A DNA stretch of 46,725 bases from Candidatus Aenigmatarchaeota archaeon (GCA_011772645.1 WVZE01000036.1:1-46725), one strand, 5' to 3'. Positions 8,479 through 18,485 are shown, counted from the first letter of the stretch. Made by a program: numbers and translations. The notes: generated by a model not told the origin, from the sequence alone.

Positions 8479-11400
8479 ATGAAGAGGGATGTTCTTGGTT
8501 TCGGGATAATGCTAATCTTATTCCTACTTTTATTCCTCTCCATACCCTCCATAACGGCCTTAACCAGTACCAACGGGGCCTTCACAGTTACGCCTGATTT
8601 CATATACATCAACTGGACCAACGGGACCATAAATCTCACCTCGAACTCGAACAACCTTACGGTGGTTATAGACAATTCAAGCACGCAGATATATTCAAAC
8701 TATTCCCAGTCCGGCAGGTACCTTATCGGGAGTTACAAGAACCTCAATGACAACACCTGGAACCTCTGTTTCAACTCAAGCCCGCTTGCCAACCAGACCA
8801 TTAAATTCAAGGTCCAGAACGAGACAGGTTCCCACACCACCACTAGCAAGACCCTTGATGAAACGAACACCACCTTCTTTTATCTAACTCCCTACATGCT
8901 CTGCCCTCCGGGGAAATACTACGGTTATTTCTATGTTGAGAACGAGACCAATGCAACGGAAAACGTCAAGGTAAACGTGTCCTTCCAGATCCCGATAGAT
9001 GAAGAGAACACCTTCAACATCACGAAAAACTCCGGCTTCTTCAACGGGTCGATGATTTTGAATCATGGTTATTACCATTCCTATTATTTCAACACCAGCC
9101 CCACGGAAAACCTCACGGGTCTAACATTGAGGCTGGGCCCTTCCCAATCGGATGATATCGATGTCTTCCTTTACGACAGCTCCGGGAACTTCCTTTCTAA
9201 ATCCATAAACCGCTCTTCCTCCATTGAAGAATTCGTTTACGACGTTCCCGGAACGCCTGAGATGTACGAGCTCAGGATTTACGGCAACGTTTCCGCGAAT
9301 TATAACGGTTTACTTTTGTTTTCCACTATCAACACAACCAACGCGACCGGGTCTGAGATAAGCTCGATAAGTTTCGGCGAGCTGGACGCGAACGAGACCT
9401 CCCCGGACCAGGTATTTGTTCTCAAGAACGAGGATGATAAGGTTCTCACCAGCGTTCTGGAGAAGAAGAGAATTTATCATGTTGACAGTTGGCTGAACCA
9501 GGGCAGCAACGGGACGTTCAGACTTCTCGTCCCCTCCTTCGCAGAGAGAGTTAAAATCATACTGGAATGGAAGAACGAGACCGGGACGGATGCTACCAAC
9601 TGGACTCTGTTCCTCAGGGACGTGAACGGGGTGTTGAGGGGGACTTCCAACTCAAAACACCTTAACGCGAAAACAATAACGGATTCCTCTGTTCTGGAGG
9701 AGTACATAGAGTACACCGGATCGATCTCGGAGAGCAACGACGGGTTCTGGAACATAACCGTCAAAAAGAACCAAAGCGGATCTCTGGACAGCTACAACCT
9801 CACGGCATACATCTACGTTCCCGACATCTGGATAAAAACCAACTACACGACCACGAACTTCAGCTCTTCATACAGCAGGCCCGTGAACATTAATATCACG
9901 ATACCCGAAACTAGCGCTCTCAACGGGAGTTACGAAGGATTCATTGAGTACTACCAGGCCTCCGGGTGGATAGAGAGGCTTCCAATATCTTTCAACGTGA
10001 GGACAGGGATGCTGATTGTGAACGAGGAGCTGAGCCTGACCAGCGACAGCATAACGCACAACACGGGATTCAACACGATATCCTCCCCGCTCTCGATTAA
10101 GATCCCCTACAACAACACGGGAGGTTATCCGCTTTACATAAACGTTGAGAACACGACCAACAACATACTCTACCAGATGGGGAACGGTTCGAACTATGTT
10201 GACGTTGTTCTTTCCGACTTCCCTGTAAACCCGGTAAACCCGGGGACGAGCGGGTTCCTGAACGTCTCCGTTAAGATTGACACGTCAGAAAGCCATAACT
10301 ATGCGGGTCTTTACAGGGGTTTCGTCCTGTTCAACACCACCAATTCCACCAATGTTACGAGACAGTCGTCCCTCTTCAAGAAATTCAACATCACGATGTA
10401 CGTAAACCTCACTAATTTGCTCAACATCACCGTGACCAACATAAACCCCTCCCTCGTTCATCCGCCCACATCCGACAAAAACGTTACTTTCACTGTCCAG
10501 GTCAAGCTGATAAACGGGACGATAATTTCCAACACGAACATGATGGACTATACAAACTTCACCCAGATAAGGATGACAGAGACCAACGTCACCACCTACG
10601 AAAGAACGCTTTCCAACATAGTTGCGGGAGGAACAGGAGGAACCGACTGTTCAGCAGGGAGTTGTAACATCAACGGAACCGTTCCCGCCAACTCGGCGGG
10701 AGGTAAATACAACGTTCATGTTACCGCCAGGTGGAACACAAAAATGCTGGGAGGAACGGGTGAGGTTAATCTGACAGGAACGGGCGTTACCGATGATTTC
10801 AAGGTAAACGACACCGGGGTGAAGCTGACCGCGGTCTCCAACAAGGACTACGGAGAGGTGAATGAAGGCAGAACTAACCTTTATTTCAACATGACCGTCA
10901 AGAACTACGGACCGCTGGCGATGACCTCATCATCCAAATTAAGAGTCTACTTCCATGAAGGTTCATGCTTTGGTGCGCTCACCACGGATGTAAAGGACAG
11001 CAGTCATTCCTACACCCGCACGAAGAACACGACCGGAGTGTATGTGGATTTCGAGATGTCCGCATATGACGCGATAGGTCGCTGGATAAGGTTCGAGATA
11101 GATGTCGCCAACATTTCCGAAACCAACAAGAGCTGCTCGATGGTGATATCCTCCGCGAACAAAAAGTCTTTTGGAGCGATCAGCGGGATACTCCTGAAGA
11201 TCGTGGAGGTCGCGCCCAGTGAGGACGGCAACGGCCAGCAGGCGGCTGCTCCCACCGGATGTACCTCTGACAGCGGCTGTTCTGACACGCAATACTGCTC
11301 CAACGGGCAGTGCTTGGCTGTCTCCTGTCCCGATGGTTTTGTCAGCAACCACAAGTGCAATCCGTACCAGAAAAAGCTTTCCATCACTGATTATGAGTCA

Positions 11401-12333
11401 AAGATCGCTGTGGTTCAGGGCGAGTTTGTCTCAACAAAGGTGGAGGTCAAGAACACGGGGACCTCGGACCTGACAGTAAAGTTTGGCGTAACCCATAACA
11501 TAACCGGTGTAACGCAGACTATAATCCCGAGTTCCTACGGGATAGGCGCGGGTGGTAAATATAAATTCACCGTAAACTTCACCGTGAGCAACACAACCAA
11601 GGTGGGAAACCATCCGATCACACTGAAGGCATACGACAAAAACAACGAGAGCACTTCCACGACAAAAACGATCTATCTCTCCGTGGAACCCCTTGAGGAA
11701 ACGAAGAGGGAGATAAACCAGACCTATGAAGACTACAAGGGTCTCTTCGAGACACTGAAGTCAAGATTCCTTGTGATACAGCCTGCGGGTGTTTCTGACG
11801 TTAACTTCACCAAGACCAACAGGACGTACAGCAGTCTGTTAAACATGCTGGATCAGGTTGAGGAATACCTGAGCAAGAATCAATACGCGGACGCCGCTGA
11901 TCTCCTGGAAGACATAAACTCGTCCCTCGCGAACTTCGAGGCCCAGATACAGCAGCTTCTCTCGGAAGGCTCCATCTTCAATTTCCTGCAGTTTGGCGAT
12001 ATCTGGACCTGGGCCGCGATAGGCGTTGTTATTGTGGTGATCGTGGTTTTCCTGGTTTACCTCCTGCTCCCGCCAAGAAAGGGTTACCACCCCATCTACG
12101 GGTATCGAGCGCCTTCCAAAAAACCGATTTTTGAGAAACTAGGAAAGATCGTGGATAGGATAAAGGGTGTTGGCGGTGGCGTGAGGAAACCTAAAGCGGG
12201 GGAAGAGCAGACAACACTTACCAGGTTCGAGAAAATGAAAAAGCCATACATGGAAGGTTACCAGAGAGCCAAAACCTTCTACCAGTCCAAAAAGGGCATC
12301 AGTGAAAAACTCAAGAAGAAAGTCAAGAAGTAA
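8479..12333 (+). CDS. Very large secreted cell-surface glycoprotein (S-layer-like), C-terminally membrane anchored
   Basis: N-terminal signal-like segment (LGFGIMLILFLLLFLSIPSITA). About 60 N-x-S/T sequons by hand count. Cys-rich module CTSDSGCSDTQYCSNGQCLAVSCPDGFVSNHKC. C-terminal TM (WAAIGVVIVVIVVFLVYLLL) followed by a Lys-rich tail. Confidence 0.7.
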   Translation: MKRDVLGFGIMLILFLLLFLSIPSITALTSTNGAFTVTPDFIYINWTNGTINLTSNSNNLTVVIDNSSTQIYSNYSQSGRYLIGSYKNLNDNTWNLCFNSSPLANQTIKFKVQNETGSHTTTSKTLDETNTTFFYLTPYMLCPPGKYYGYFYVENETNATENVKVNVSFQIPIDEENTFNITKNSGFFNGSMILNHGYYHSYYFNTSPTENLTGLTLRLGPSQSDDIDVFLYDSSGNFLSKSINRSSSIEEFVYDVPGTPEMYELRIYGNVSANYNGLLLFSTINTTNATGSEISSISFGELDANETSPDQVFVLKNEDDKVLTSVLEKKRIYHVDSWLNQGSNGTFRLLVPSFAERVKIILEWKNETGTDATNWTLFLRDVNGVLRGTSNSKHLNAKTITDSSVLEEYIEYTGSISESNDGFWNITVKKNQSGSLDSYNLTAYIYVPDIWIKTNYTTTNFSSSYSRPVNINITIPETSALNGSYEGFIEYYQASGWIERLPISFNVRTGMLIVNEELSLTSDSITHNTGFNTISSPLSIKIPYNNTGGYPLYINVENTTNNILYQMGNGSNYVDVVLSDFPVNPVNPGTSGFLNVSVKIDTSESHNYAGLYRGFVLFNTTNSTNVTRQSSLFKKFNITMYVNLTNLLNITVTNINPSLVHPPTSDKNVTFTVQVKLINGTIISNTNMMDYTNFTQIRMTETNVTTYERTLSNIVAGGTGGTDCSAGSCNINGTVPANSAGGKYNVHVTARWNTKMLGGTGEVNLTGTGVTDDFKVNDTGVKLTAVSNKDYGEVNEGRTNLYFNMTVKNYGPLAMTSSSKLRVYFHEGSCFGALTTDVKDSSHSYTRTKNTTGVYVDFEMSAYDAIGRWIRFEIDVANISETNKSCSMVISSANKKSFGAISGILLKIVEVAPSEDGNGQQAAAPTGCTSDSGCSDTQYCSNGQCLAVSCPDGFVSNHKCNPYQKKLSITDYESKIAVVQGEFVSTKVEVKNTGTSDLTVKFGVTHNITGVTQTIIPSSYGIGAGGKYKFTVNFTVSNTTKVGNHPITLKAYDKNNESTSTTKTIYLSVEPLEETKREINQTYEDYKGLFETLKSRFLVIQPAGVSDVNFTKTNRTYSSLLNMLDQVEEYLSKNQYADAADLLEDINSSLANFEAQIQQLLSEGSIFNFLQFGDIWTWAAIGVVIVVIVVFLVYLLLPPRKGYHPIYGYRAPSKKPIFEKLGKIVDRIKGVGGGVRKPKAGEEQTTLTRFEKMKKPYMEGYQRAKTFYQSKKGISEKLKKKVKK

Positions 12334-12401
12334 AGGGATCATTTCTGTAAATAATTCAGTATTTATATGTGATTTTCCTAATCTAAATTAGGAGTGTTCG
12401 T

Positions 12402-13247
12402 ATGATGAGGACCGTCCTTTTGCTGGGGTTTATGACTGCTATTCTTTTGGCTGTGGGTTTTGTTATAGGAGGATTTTTCGGAATGACTCTCGCCCTTGTC
12501 TTAGCGATAGTGATAAATTTCGTAACATACTGGTATTCGGACAGGATCGTGATAAGGATTTACAGGGCGAAACCAACGGATAATGAAAAACTTAACCACA
12601 TGGTTGACAGGCTCGCGGTTGAGGCTAAGATCCCGAAACCAAGGGTTTACCTCGTTCCGAGCGATGTCCCTAACGCCTTCGCGACGGGGAGGAACCCGGA
12701 CAGAGCGGTTGTGGCGGTGACAGAGGGGCTTATGAACTTGGATGATGATGAAATCGAGGGGGTTTTAGCGCACGAAATCGCGCACGTCAGGAACAAGGAC
12801 ATCCTCATATCAGCTGTTGCAGCCACGATAGCGGGAGCGATCTCCTATCTCGCCCAGATAGGTTACTGGTCGGTATTTCTTGGAGGCGGGAGAAGAGGTG
12901 GTGGAAGTCTGATAGGCCTGATAATGATAATAATATTCGCTCCCCTGGCGGCGTTTCTTGTAAAGCTGGCGATATCGCGGGCAGAGGAGTACAAAGCGGA
13001 CTTCGTTGGAGCGACCCTCACCAAGAAGCCCGGGGCGCTCGCGTCCGCCCTGAAGAAGATCAATGAGATAGCAAGGGAAAACCCCATGAGGGGTTCAGCC
13101 GCCACATCACACATGTGGATAGTCAACCCGTTCAAATCGGACTGGTTCACGGGTCTGTTCTCGACCCACCCTCCTGTCGCGAGGAGGGTCAAGAGACTGG
13201 AGGACATGCAACATGAAGGAACGCCAGAACCGTATGAGATGGATTAG
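12402..13247 (+). CDS. htpX: HtpX-like M48 zinc metalloprotease (membrane)
   Basis: HEIAHV zinc motif between TM segments. Overall layout (two N-terminal TMs, HExxH, two more TMs, C-terminal catalytic part) matches HtpX. Confidence 0.85.
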   Translation: MMRTVLLLGFMTAILLAVGFVIGGFFGMTLALVLAIVINFVTYWYSDRIVIRIYRAKPTDNEKLNHMVDRLAVEAKIPKPRVYLVPSDVPNAFATGRNPDRAVVAVTEGLMNLDDDEIEGVLAHEIAHVRNKDILISAVAATIAGAISYLAQIGYWSVFLGGGRRGGGSLIGLIMIIIFAPLAAFLVKLAISRAEEYKADFVGATLTKKPGALASALKKINEIARENPMRGSAATSHMWIVNPFKSDWFTGLFSTHPPVARRVKRLEDMQHEGTPEPYEMD

Positions 13248-13255
13248 GTGAGGAG

Positions 13256-13504
13256 ATGATAGATCAGAAGATAAAAAGGATTGACAGGGAACTGGAATTT
13301 CTGAAGGACAGGATGGAATTCGGAGGTCCGGATTCTCACAACCTGTGTAAAGCCCTGGAGAGCGTTTTGAGGGACCTGAAGCTTTTCGACCAGAAAAGGC
13401 TTAGAATGGATCAGATGGAAAAGGACATAAACCTGAGGTTCGAGGCCATCGCTCTTTCGCTCGAGAAGATAACCAAGATTCTGAAGGATAACGGGGTCAT
13501 CTGA
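13256..13504 (+). CDS. Small coiled-coil hypothetical protein
   Basis: 82-aa ORF 8 nt after htpX with GGTGAGGAG upstream. Charged heptad-like sequence; no recognisable motif. Confidence 0.4.
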   Translation: MIDQKIKRIDRELEFLKDRMEFGGPDSHNLCKALESVLRDLKLFDQKRLRMDQMEKDINLRFEAIALSLEKITKILKDNGVI

Positions 13505-13525
13505 ATTCGGATTTCCGGAGCGGAT

Positions 13526-13840
13526 CTACTTCAGTATTAAAGACATAACTTTCTTTATCTCTTCCGGGTGTTCCTGGTAAACCGGACATTCCGAGCAGTT
13601 CCGGACGAGCTTTACCAGTTCAGTCTTCGACATCTCGTCCATGCCATCCATCGCGGACTTCCAGTCGAACTGCCAGCAGGGCGTTCTCTGGACGTAGGCA
13701 GGGCATATGGACGTGCATTCCCCGCTTCCGCACCCGGGATTCGCATCCCAGCAGGGCTTATCCCCCGCTTCTCCGCCTTCCTCTGGTTTTTCCTCCTGTG
13801 TAACTTCTTCGCTCGTTTCTTCCGTCATTTCTTCCTGCAT
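13526..13840 (-). CDS. Small acidic Cys-rich protein (7 Cys, two CW dipeptides), unknown function
   Basis: 104 aa. The Glu-rich N-terminus is followed by CWDANPGCGSGECTSICP...PCWQFDW...NCSECP. Lies 33 nt downstream of, and co-directional with, the radical SAM gene. Confidence 0.55.
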   Translation of the reverse strand: MQEEMTEETSEEVTQEEKPEEGGEAGDKPCWDANPGCGSGECTSICPAYVQRTPCWQFDWKSAMDGMDEMSKTELVKLVRNCSECPVYQEHPEEIKKVMSLILK

Positions 13841-13873
13841 AAGATTAATAATTGTGGGAACTTGTATAAAAGT

Positions 13874-14944
13874 TTAGGGTTCCAAATTGTACAAACCGTT
13901 TTTCTTTGCCAGTTCGAAAGCCCTCTCCATCTCCTTCCTCTCGATCCTTCTTACCATTTCCTTGAACTCGAAAACCTCGAATTCCGGGTGGTATTGCCCC
14001 ATTATGTTCAGGCGTATCTCATTGTCCAGGTTTTTCCCCACCCACTTGAAAATCCGAGAAGTACAACACTCCAGGTGGTTCGGGAGAACCAGGTGGCGTA
14101 TGAGGATTTCAGCCTGCCTTTTCGCCAGGAGGTAATTCCTTTTCATGATCTTCCAGTAGTCCGGAGCCTTCGAGAATTTCTTCGCACACTTGTCATTCCC
14201 GTACTTGAAATCCGCCAGGTAAACATCGATCACCCCTTCCAGCAGTTTCATCGCCTTTCTCGAAAGGTACATGTTCGAGTTCCATACAATGGGTTTGTTG
14301 ATTTCAAGGAATTTGAGCATTTCCAGGATCGTGTGCAGGTTGGGGATGGGATCCCCCCCGACGAGGTTTATGTTCCTGCTCTCGTTCTCCCTCCTCTCCG
14401 CCAGGAGTGCGAGATCCTTCCCGCTCACAGGCGTTCCGCTCTCCTTCCCTCTTGAGATCGTCCAGTTCTGGCAGTAGATACAATAGAAGTTGCAACCGAT
14501 GAAGAAGAAGGTGTGGGAAGGGATGATAGATCCCTCCTCTCCCATGTGAATGAACTCGCTCGACAGGAGGGATTTCGAATCGAGTCCGCAGAAACCCCTC
14601 TCCCCCTTCGTTCGATCGATCCTGCATTTCCTCTCGCAGAACTCGCATTTCGCAAGCATGCGTTGAGCGAGCGAGAGCTTGAGATCAACCAGCGATTTCC
14701 TAGCGAAAATGAGCTCGCCCTTCCTCCTGTCGTGAACTTTCAATTTCTTCCGAAAATCTCCCATTCGCTTTTCGTGTTCCTTCCAGAGTTTTGCTTCCGA
14801 TTTCGGAAGCTTTGCAGGAATGGTTTTCGCTATCAGGTATTTCGAGAATTTCCTGTTCTTGGTGATGTCCAGATAGCGACCCATAGCCTTCCGAAGGCCT
14901 TCATCCTCCCTCGGAACCGTCCTCGGATAGAGCAGGAATTCCAT
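13874..14944 (-). CDS. Radical SAM protein, PflX-like (pyruvate formate-lyase activating enzyme homologue family)
   Basis: CNFYCIYCQNW is the CxxxCxxC radical SAM cluster motif. An upstream CEFCERKCRIDR...GFCG Cys cluster and the IRHLVLPNH block resemble the PflX (COG1313-type) layout as I recall it. Confidence 0.75.
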   Translation of the reverse strand: MEFLLYPRTVPREDEGLRKAMGRYLDITKNRKFSKYLIAKTIPAKLPKSEAKLWKEHEKRMGDFRKKLKVHDRRKGELIFARKSLVDLKLSLAQRMLAKCEFCERKCRIDRTKGERGFCGLDSKSLLSSEFIHMGEEGSIIPSHTFFFIGCNFYCIYCQNWTISRGKESGTPVSGKDLALLAERRENESRNINLVGGDPIPNLHTILEMLKFLEINKPIVWNSNMYLSRKAMKLLEGVIDVYLADFKYGNDKCAKKFSKAPDYWKIMKRNYLLAKRQAEILIRHLVLPNHLECCTSRIFKWVGKNLDNEIRLNIMGQYHPEFEVFEFKEMVRRIERKEMERAFELAKKNGLYNLEP

Positions 14945-15053
14945 AATAAGAATTTCGCAGGAGGATTAATATTTTAGAATTCAGGCGCTACCGATAGCTT
15001 TATATATTAATTATATAGTTAATTAACCATAAAATGTAAAACGGAGGGAGAAA

Positions 15054-15281
15054 ATGGTAACGTTCGAAACCATAAAAGCGGAAGAAGTGAAGTTCGGAAA
15101 GAACAACTTCCTTGAGGTCGCAAGAAAGAAAGCGACTTCTGAACAGGGAGAGAACGAGTTCATAGCGATTTCCCGTGGTTTCTTCCTGCCCGATGGGACG
15201 AAGAAATTCAAGAGATCTATCGCTATACCGGACGAAGACGAGATAAAGAATTTCATTTCGGAAAAGATCAAAGAGTTTTAA
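15054..15281 (+). CDS. Small protein, possibly PC4/YdbC-like ssDNA-binding fold
   Basis: 75 aa. The pattern FGKNNFLEVARKK...ENEFIAISRGFFLPDGTKKFKRSIAIP resembles the beta-sheet core of PC4-like proteins. Weak, by eye only. Confidence 0.35.
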   Translation: MVTFETIKAEEVKFGKNNFLEVARKKATSEQGENEFIAISRGFFLPDGTKKFKRSIAIPDEDEIKNFISEKIKEF

Positions 15282-15357
15282 TGCGGTTCTCCAGAACCAA
15301 AAAACCTGATCTTGTTTCTTTTTATTTTCATTTCGTTAGACCATACTATATAAGATG

Positions 15358-15378
15358 GATGCAGGTGAAACCTGCATC
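15358..15378 (+). promoter_or_regulatory. Perfect 8-bp stem / 5-nt loop hairpin between a TATA-like box and the MATE start codon
   Basis: GATGCAGG tgaaa CCTGCATC, read directly. A TATATAAG-like box lies at about 15346-15353 and the start codon at 15400. Confidence 0.4.
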
Positions 15379-15399
15379 ATTCGAAATTAGGGGTTTTGC

Positions 15400-16779
15400 A
15401 TGGACATGTCGAAACGTGCGGAAGAACTGATGAGTGATCCGAGAAGGGGATTGTTCAAGCTCGCAATTCCGATAATGGTCGGGATGCTCGCCCACACCCT
15501 TTTTAACATAGTGGATACGATCTTTGTCGGGAGGCTGGGAGCTGAGGCTATCGCTTCCGTAACTATCGCGTTCCCCATAGCCTTCATAATCATAGCGATA
15601 GGATCGGGCGTGGGGATAGGGACGACCTCCCTGGTAGCGAGACTGATAGGGGCGAAAAGAAAACGAATGGTTGACAGCGCCGCTGAGAACGCGATTATTT
15701 TATCAATTATTTTAAGCATTATCATAACGGTTGCGGGTATAGTTACGAGCAGGCCTCTTTTTGTTTTAATGGGCGTCACGGGAAACGTCCTGGAGATGAG
15801 CGTTTCGTACATCAACATCATATTCTCCGGGATGATCTTCATGCTTCCCATGATGATTCTCGCCTCGATTCTCCGGGGGGAGGGAAACGCGAAGACGCCA
15901 ATGAAGATCATGATAACCACATCCATATTGAACGCGGTTTTCGATCCTGTTTTCATCTATCTTTTAGGGTACGGCGTTCCCGGGGCGGCGATGGCAAGCG
16001 TACTCGCGAGGCTCATCGGATCCTTAGTTATGTTCCACATATTCTTCATAAAGAGATCCACGTATGTCGAATTGTCTTTCAGGAAGTTCAGGATGAACTG
16101 GAATATAATAAAGGACATCTTCAGCGTCGGTATCCCTGCCTCACTTTCCCAGATGAGCATGTCCGCCGGTTTGCTAATACTCAACGTTTTCCTGATCGCC
16201 CTGGGCTCTGTATATGTCGCAGCGTTTGGTTTGGGATTCAGGGTTGACATGCTCATTTTGCTACCCATATTCGGAATATCCTCAGGTCTGATAACCATGG
16301 TGGGGATGTACGTGGGAGCGAGGAACTTCGAAAGGGCGAAGTGGATCACGAAATACGCGATGAAGATCTCGGTTGTTATAATGGGACTTGTAGGTTTGCT
16401 TTTCTTCTTGATAGCTGAGTACTTAATGATGATTTTCACGAACGACCCGCAGGTTATAATGTCAGGGGCGGAATACATAAGGATTGTCGTTCTGAGTTAT
16501 CCCTTCGCTGCGATCGGGATAACGGTATACTCCTCTTTCCAGGGAGCGGGTAAGGGGATTCCCGCCCTCGTGCTCACCCTCCTTCGTGTCATCCTTTTGT
16601 CGGTTCCCATAGCATACGCCTTAACGTTTGTGTACGGATTCGGGGCGACAGGGGTGTGGATAGCGGTCTCCTCAGCTTCCATAATTTCCGCAGTGGTGGG
16701 CCTGATCTGGTATAAGTGTTTCCACTTCGAGAAATGTAAAATAACGAAACCGAAATTCCCGATCAATTCTGCCCATTGA
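15400..16779 (+). CDS. MATE family efflux transporter
   Basis: 459 aa and about 12 TM segments. N-terminal KLAIPIMVGMLAHTLFNIVDTIFVGRLG is typical of the MATE/NorM family, and the two halves are internally duplicated. Confidence 0.85.
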   Translation: MDMSKRAEELMSDPRRGLFKLAIPIMVGMLAHTLFNIVDTIFVGRLGAEAIASVTIAFPIAFIIIAIGSGVGIGTTSLVARLIGAKRKRMVDSAAENAIILSIILSIIITVAGIVTSRPLFVLMGVTGNVLEMSVSYINIIFSGMIFMLPMMILASILRGEGNAKTPMKIMITTSILNAVFDPVFIYLLGYGVPGAAMASVLARLIGSLVMFHIFFIKRSTYVELSFRKFRMNWNIIKDIFSVGIPASLSQMSMSAGLLILNVFLIALGSVYVAAFGLGFRVDMLILLPIFGISSGLITMVGMYVGARNFERAKWITKYAMKISVVIMGLVGLLFFLIAEYLMMIFTNDPQVIMSGAEYIRIVVLSYPFAAIGITVYSSFQGAGKGIPALVLTLLRVILLSVPIAYALTFVYGFGATGVWIAVSSASIISAVVGLIWYKCFHFEKCKITKPKFPINSAH

Positions 16780-16791
16780 TGAAAAGAATAA

Positions 16792-17130
16792 CTACCCTAT
16801 GTAAACCTCTTCCTTGCTCGTTACGATCTCGCTCTTGCCCGGTTTCTTAGAGGTTTTCGGGGTCTTGATCTCCCCGTATTTCTTCTCGTACCCCTCGATC
16901 GATTTCTTGAGGGTGTTGAGAAATATCTTGGCGAACTTCACATCCATGATCACGACCTTGTGTTTTACGGCTAGCGTCTCCTGGGGTTTTCCGTGTACGT
17001 GATCCATGCGGGGGGTGATCTGCTTGAAGTCCAGGATGAATTTCGTGGGGTTGTAGATGATGCTTATGTTGTCAGAATAGAATCCGTTCTCCCTGTGGTC
17101 TATCTGGATGTTCACGTGCTTTTCCGCCAT
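16792..17130 (-). CDS. DUF3467-like small protein
   Basis: The pattern FYSDNISIIYNPTKFILDFKQ resembles the DUF3467 core. By eye only. Confidence 0.45.
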   Translation of the reverse strand: MAEKHVNIQIDHRENGFYSDNISIIYNPTKFILDFKQITPRMDHVHGKPQETLAVKHKVVIMDVKFAKIFLNTLKKSIEGYEKKYGEIKTPKTSKKPGKSEIVTSKEEVYIG

Positions 17131-17163
17131 GCTTATCCTCTCTTAATAGATTCGGATTCGTAT

Positions 17164-18402
17164 TTAAATAAGGTTGGGAACGATGAAGGCAGCGATTATC
17201 AGGAAGAGCGTTATCAGGCTGACCGTTTTCGTTATGTCCCCTCCCCGTTCAGGGGATAAGCGTTTGAACACGATCTCCCACATCCTCCCTCCGTCAAGCG
17301 GCTTTATGGGCAGCATGTTTACGAGACCCACTCCGAAGTTTATGATAAAGAGAAAGGTTAGAAGGCTCAGGAAAAAGAAAATAACGCTCGAATAGGCCTC
17401 CAGACCCTCGTTAAGGGAGAAGAACATCCTGAAGTCGGGGTTTGCAAAGAAAGCGGCGGGAAATACAAACCGGGAGATATCGTTACCGTCGAGAACGCCC
17501 CTGATCCCGATATAGGCCTTGCCCGTTGGTTTACCCTCATCATCGATTCTTTCGGCCGTGGTGAGGTTGTAGGTCCTGAAAACCACTTTCCTCTCCTCAT
17601 CGTAATCCTTAGTGATGATCTCGATTGTCTGGTTCGGACTGATGCTCTCCATCACTGACTGGAGATCGTCCCTGTTCATCACGTCCTGACCGTTTATCTT
17701 TACTATCAGACCTGTGAGGTTCACTTCCTTGGCCGGAAAGCCTTCATCGTACCCTACGAATCCGACCCCCGAAGCCGTGAAAAGACCGGAGAGCAAAGGA
17801 AAGGATATCAGGAGGACGACCCCGGCAACGATAAAATTCGCGAAAGATCCGGCCGCGAAAACCCTCAGCTGCGGCCAGTTCCCCCTTTTCTGGAGAATCT
17901 TTTCATTCGGCTCCACAAACGCCAAGGGTATGACGAGGAGCAGACCCCATCCAAGTGATTTTATCGGGACTTTCTCGCGGATAGCCATCAGTCCGTGGGA
18001 GCCCTCGTGAACGACTATGAGCAAACCTAGGGAGATTATCAGGTGCCAGAACGGGATCGCAAACACCCCCGGAAGGATAACGACATCCGGGGTGGGGGAG
18101 GGAAGGACGAAAGACAGACCTCCAACGGCCTCCTCCACAACAATGGCGGTAACCACTACGTTAAGGAGGAAGTAAACGCCGAACACCGAGGCCACGAAGG
18201 TGACGAAAACCCCCAGCATTCCAAGGAATTTCCACCCCCTCGGAAACTTGCTTCCTATCTTGAAGAGGAGGTTTTTCCCCCTCTGGGTTTTTCTCAGAAT
18301 TATGATCGATTCCCTGGTTATGTTCTTCCTGTCTATCAGAACTATCACGGCAAGAGCTATGATAAATACGACAACAGAGCCAACGTATAACAGATCTACC
18401 AT
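17164..18402 (-). CDS. Site-2 protease family (M50) membrane metalloprotease with PDZ-like insert
   Basis: HEGSHG (HExxH) lies in a TM segment, with the distal NMLPIKPLDGGRM motif (NxxPxxxLDG). The central soluble block is PDZ-like. Confidence 0.85.
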   Translation of the reverse strand: MVDLLYVGSVVVFIIALAVIVLIDRKNITRESIIILRKTQRGKNLLFKIGSKFPRGWKFLGMLGVFVTFVASVFGVYFLLNVVVTAIVVEEAVGGLSFVLPSPTPDVVILPGVFAIPFWHLIISLGLLIVVHEGSHGLMAIREKVPIKSLGWGLLLVIPLAFVEPNEKILQKRGNWPQLRVFAAGSFANFIVAGVVLLISFPLLSGLFTASGVGFVGYDEGFPAKEVNLTGLIVKINGQDVMNRDDLQSVMESISPNQTIEIITKDYDEERKVVFRTYNLTTAERIDDEGKPTGKAYIGIRGVLDGNDISRFVFPAAFFANPDFRMFFSLNEGLEAYSSVIFFFLSLLTFLFIINFGVGLVNMLPIKPLDGGRMWEIVFKRLSPERGGDITKTVSLITLFLIIAAFIVPNLI

Positions 18403-18485
18403 AAAATTATTTAGTCTGAGTAAGTATTTATATTGCGGATTTTATGAACAAATAATCCTTATAAATTAAAAATACAACTCTGAAT

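Noticed and set aside
8479-12333. Treating the large surface protein as several fused or mis-joined genes
   Set aside because: It is a single uninterrupted frame with one signal-like N-terminus and one C-terminal anchor, and composition is uniform throughout.
13568-14455. 295-aa plus-strand ORF
   Set aside because: It is antisense to the radical SAM gene and the Cys-rich gene, both of which have clear motifs. Its translation is low-complexity (L/P/F/R-rich) with no motif. This is a typical shadow ORF.
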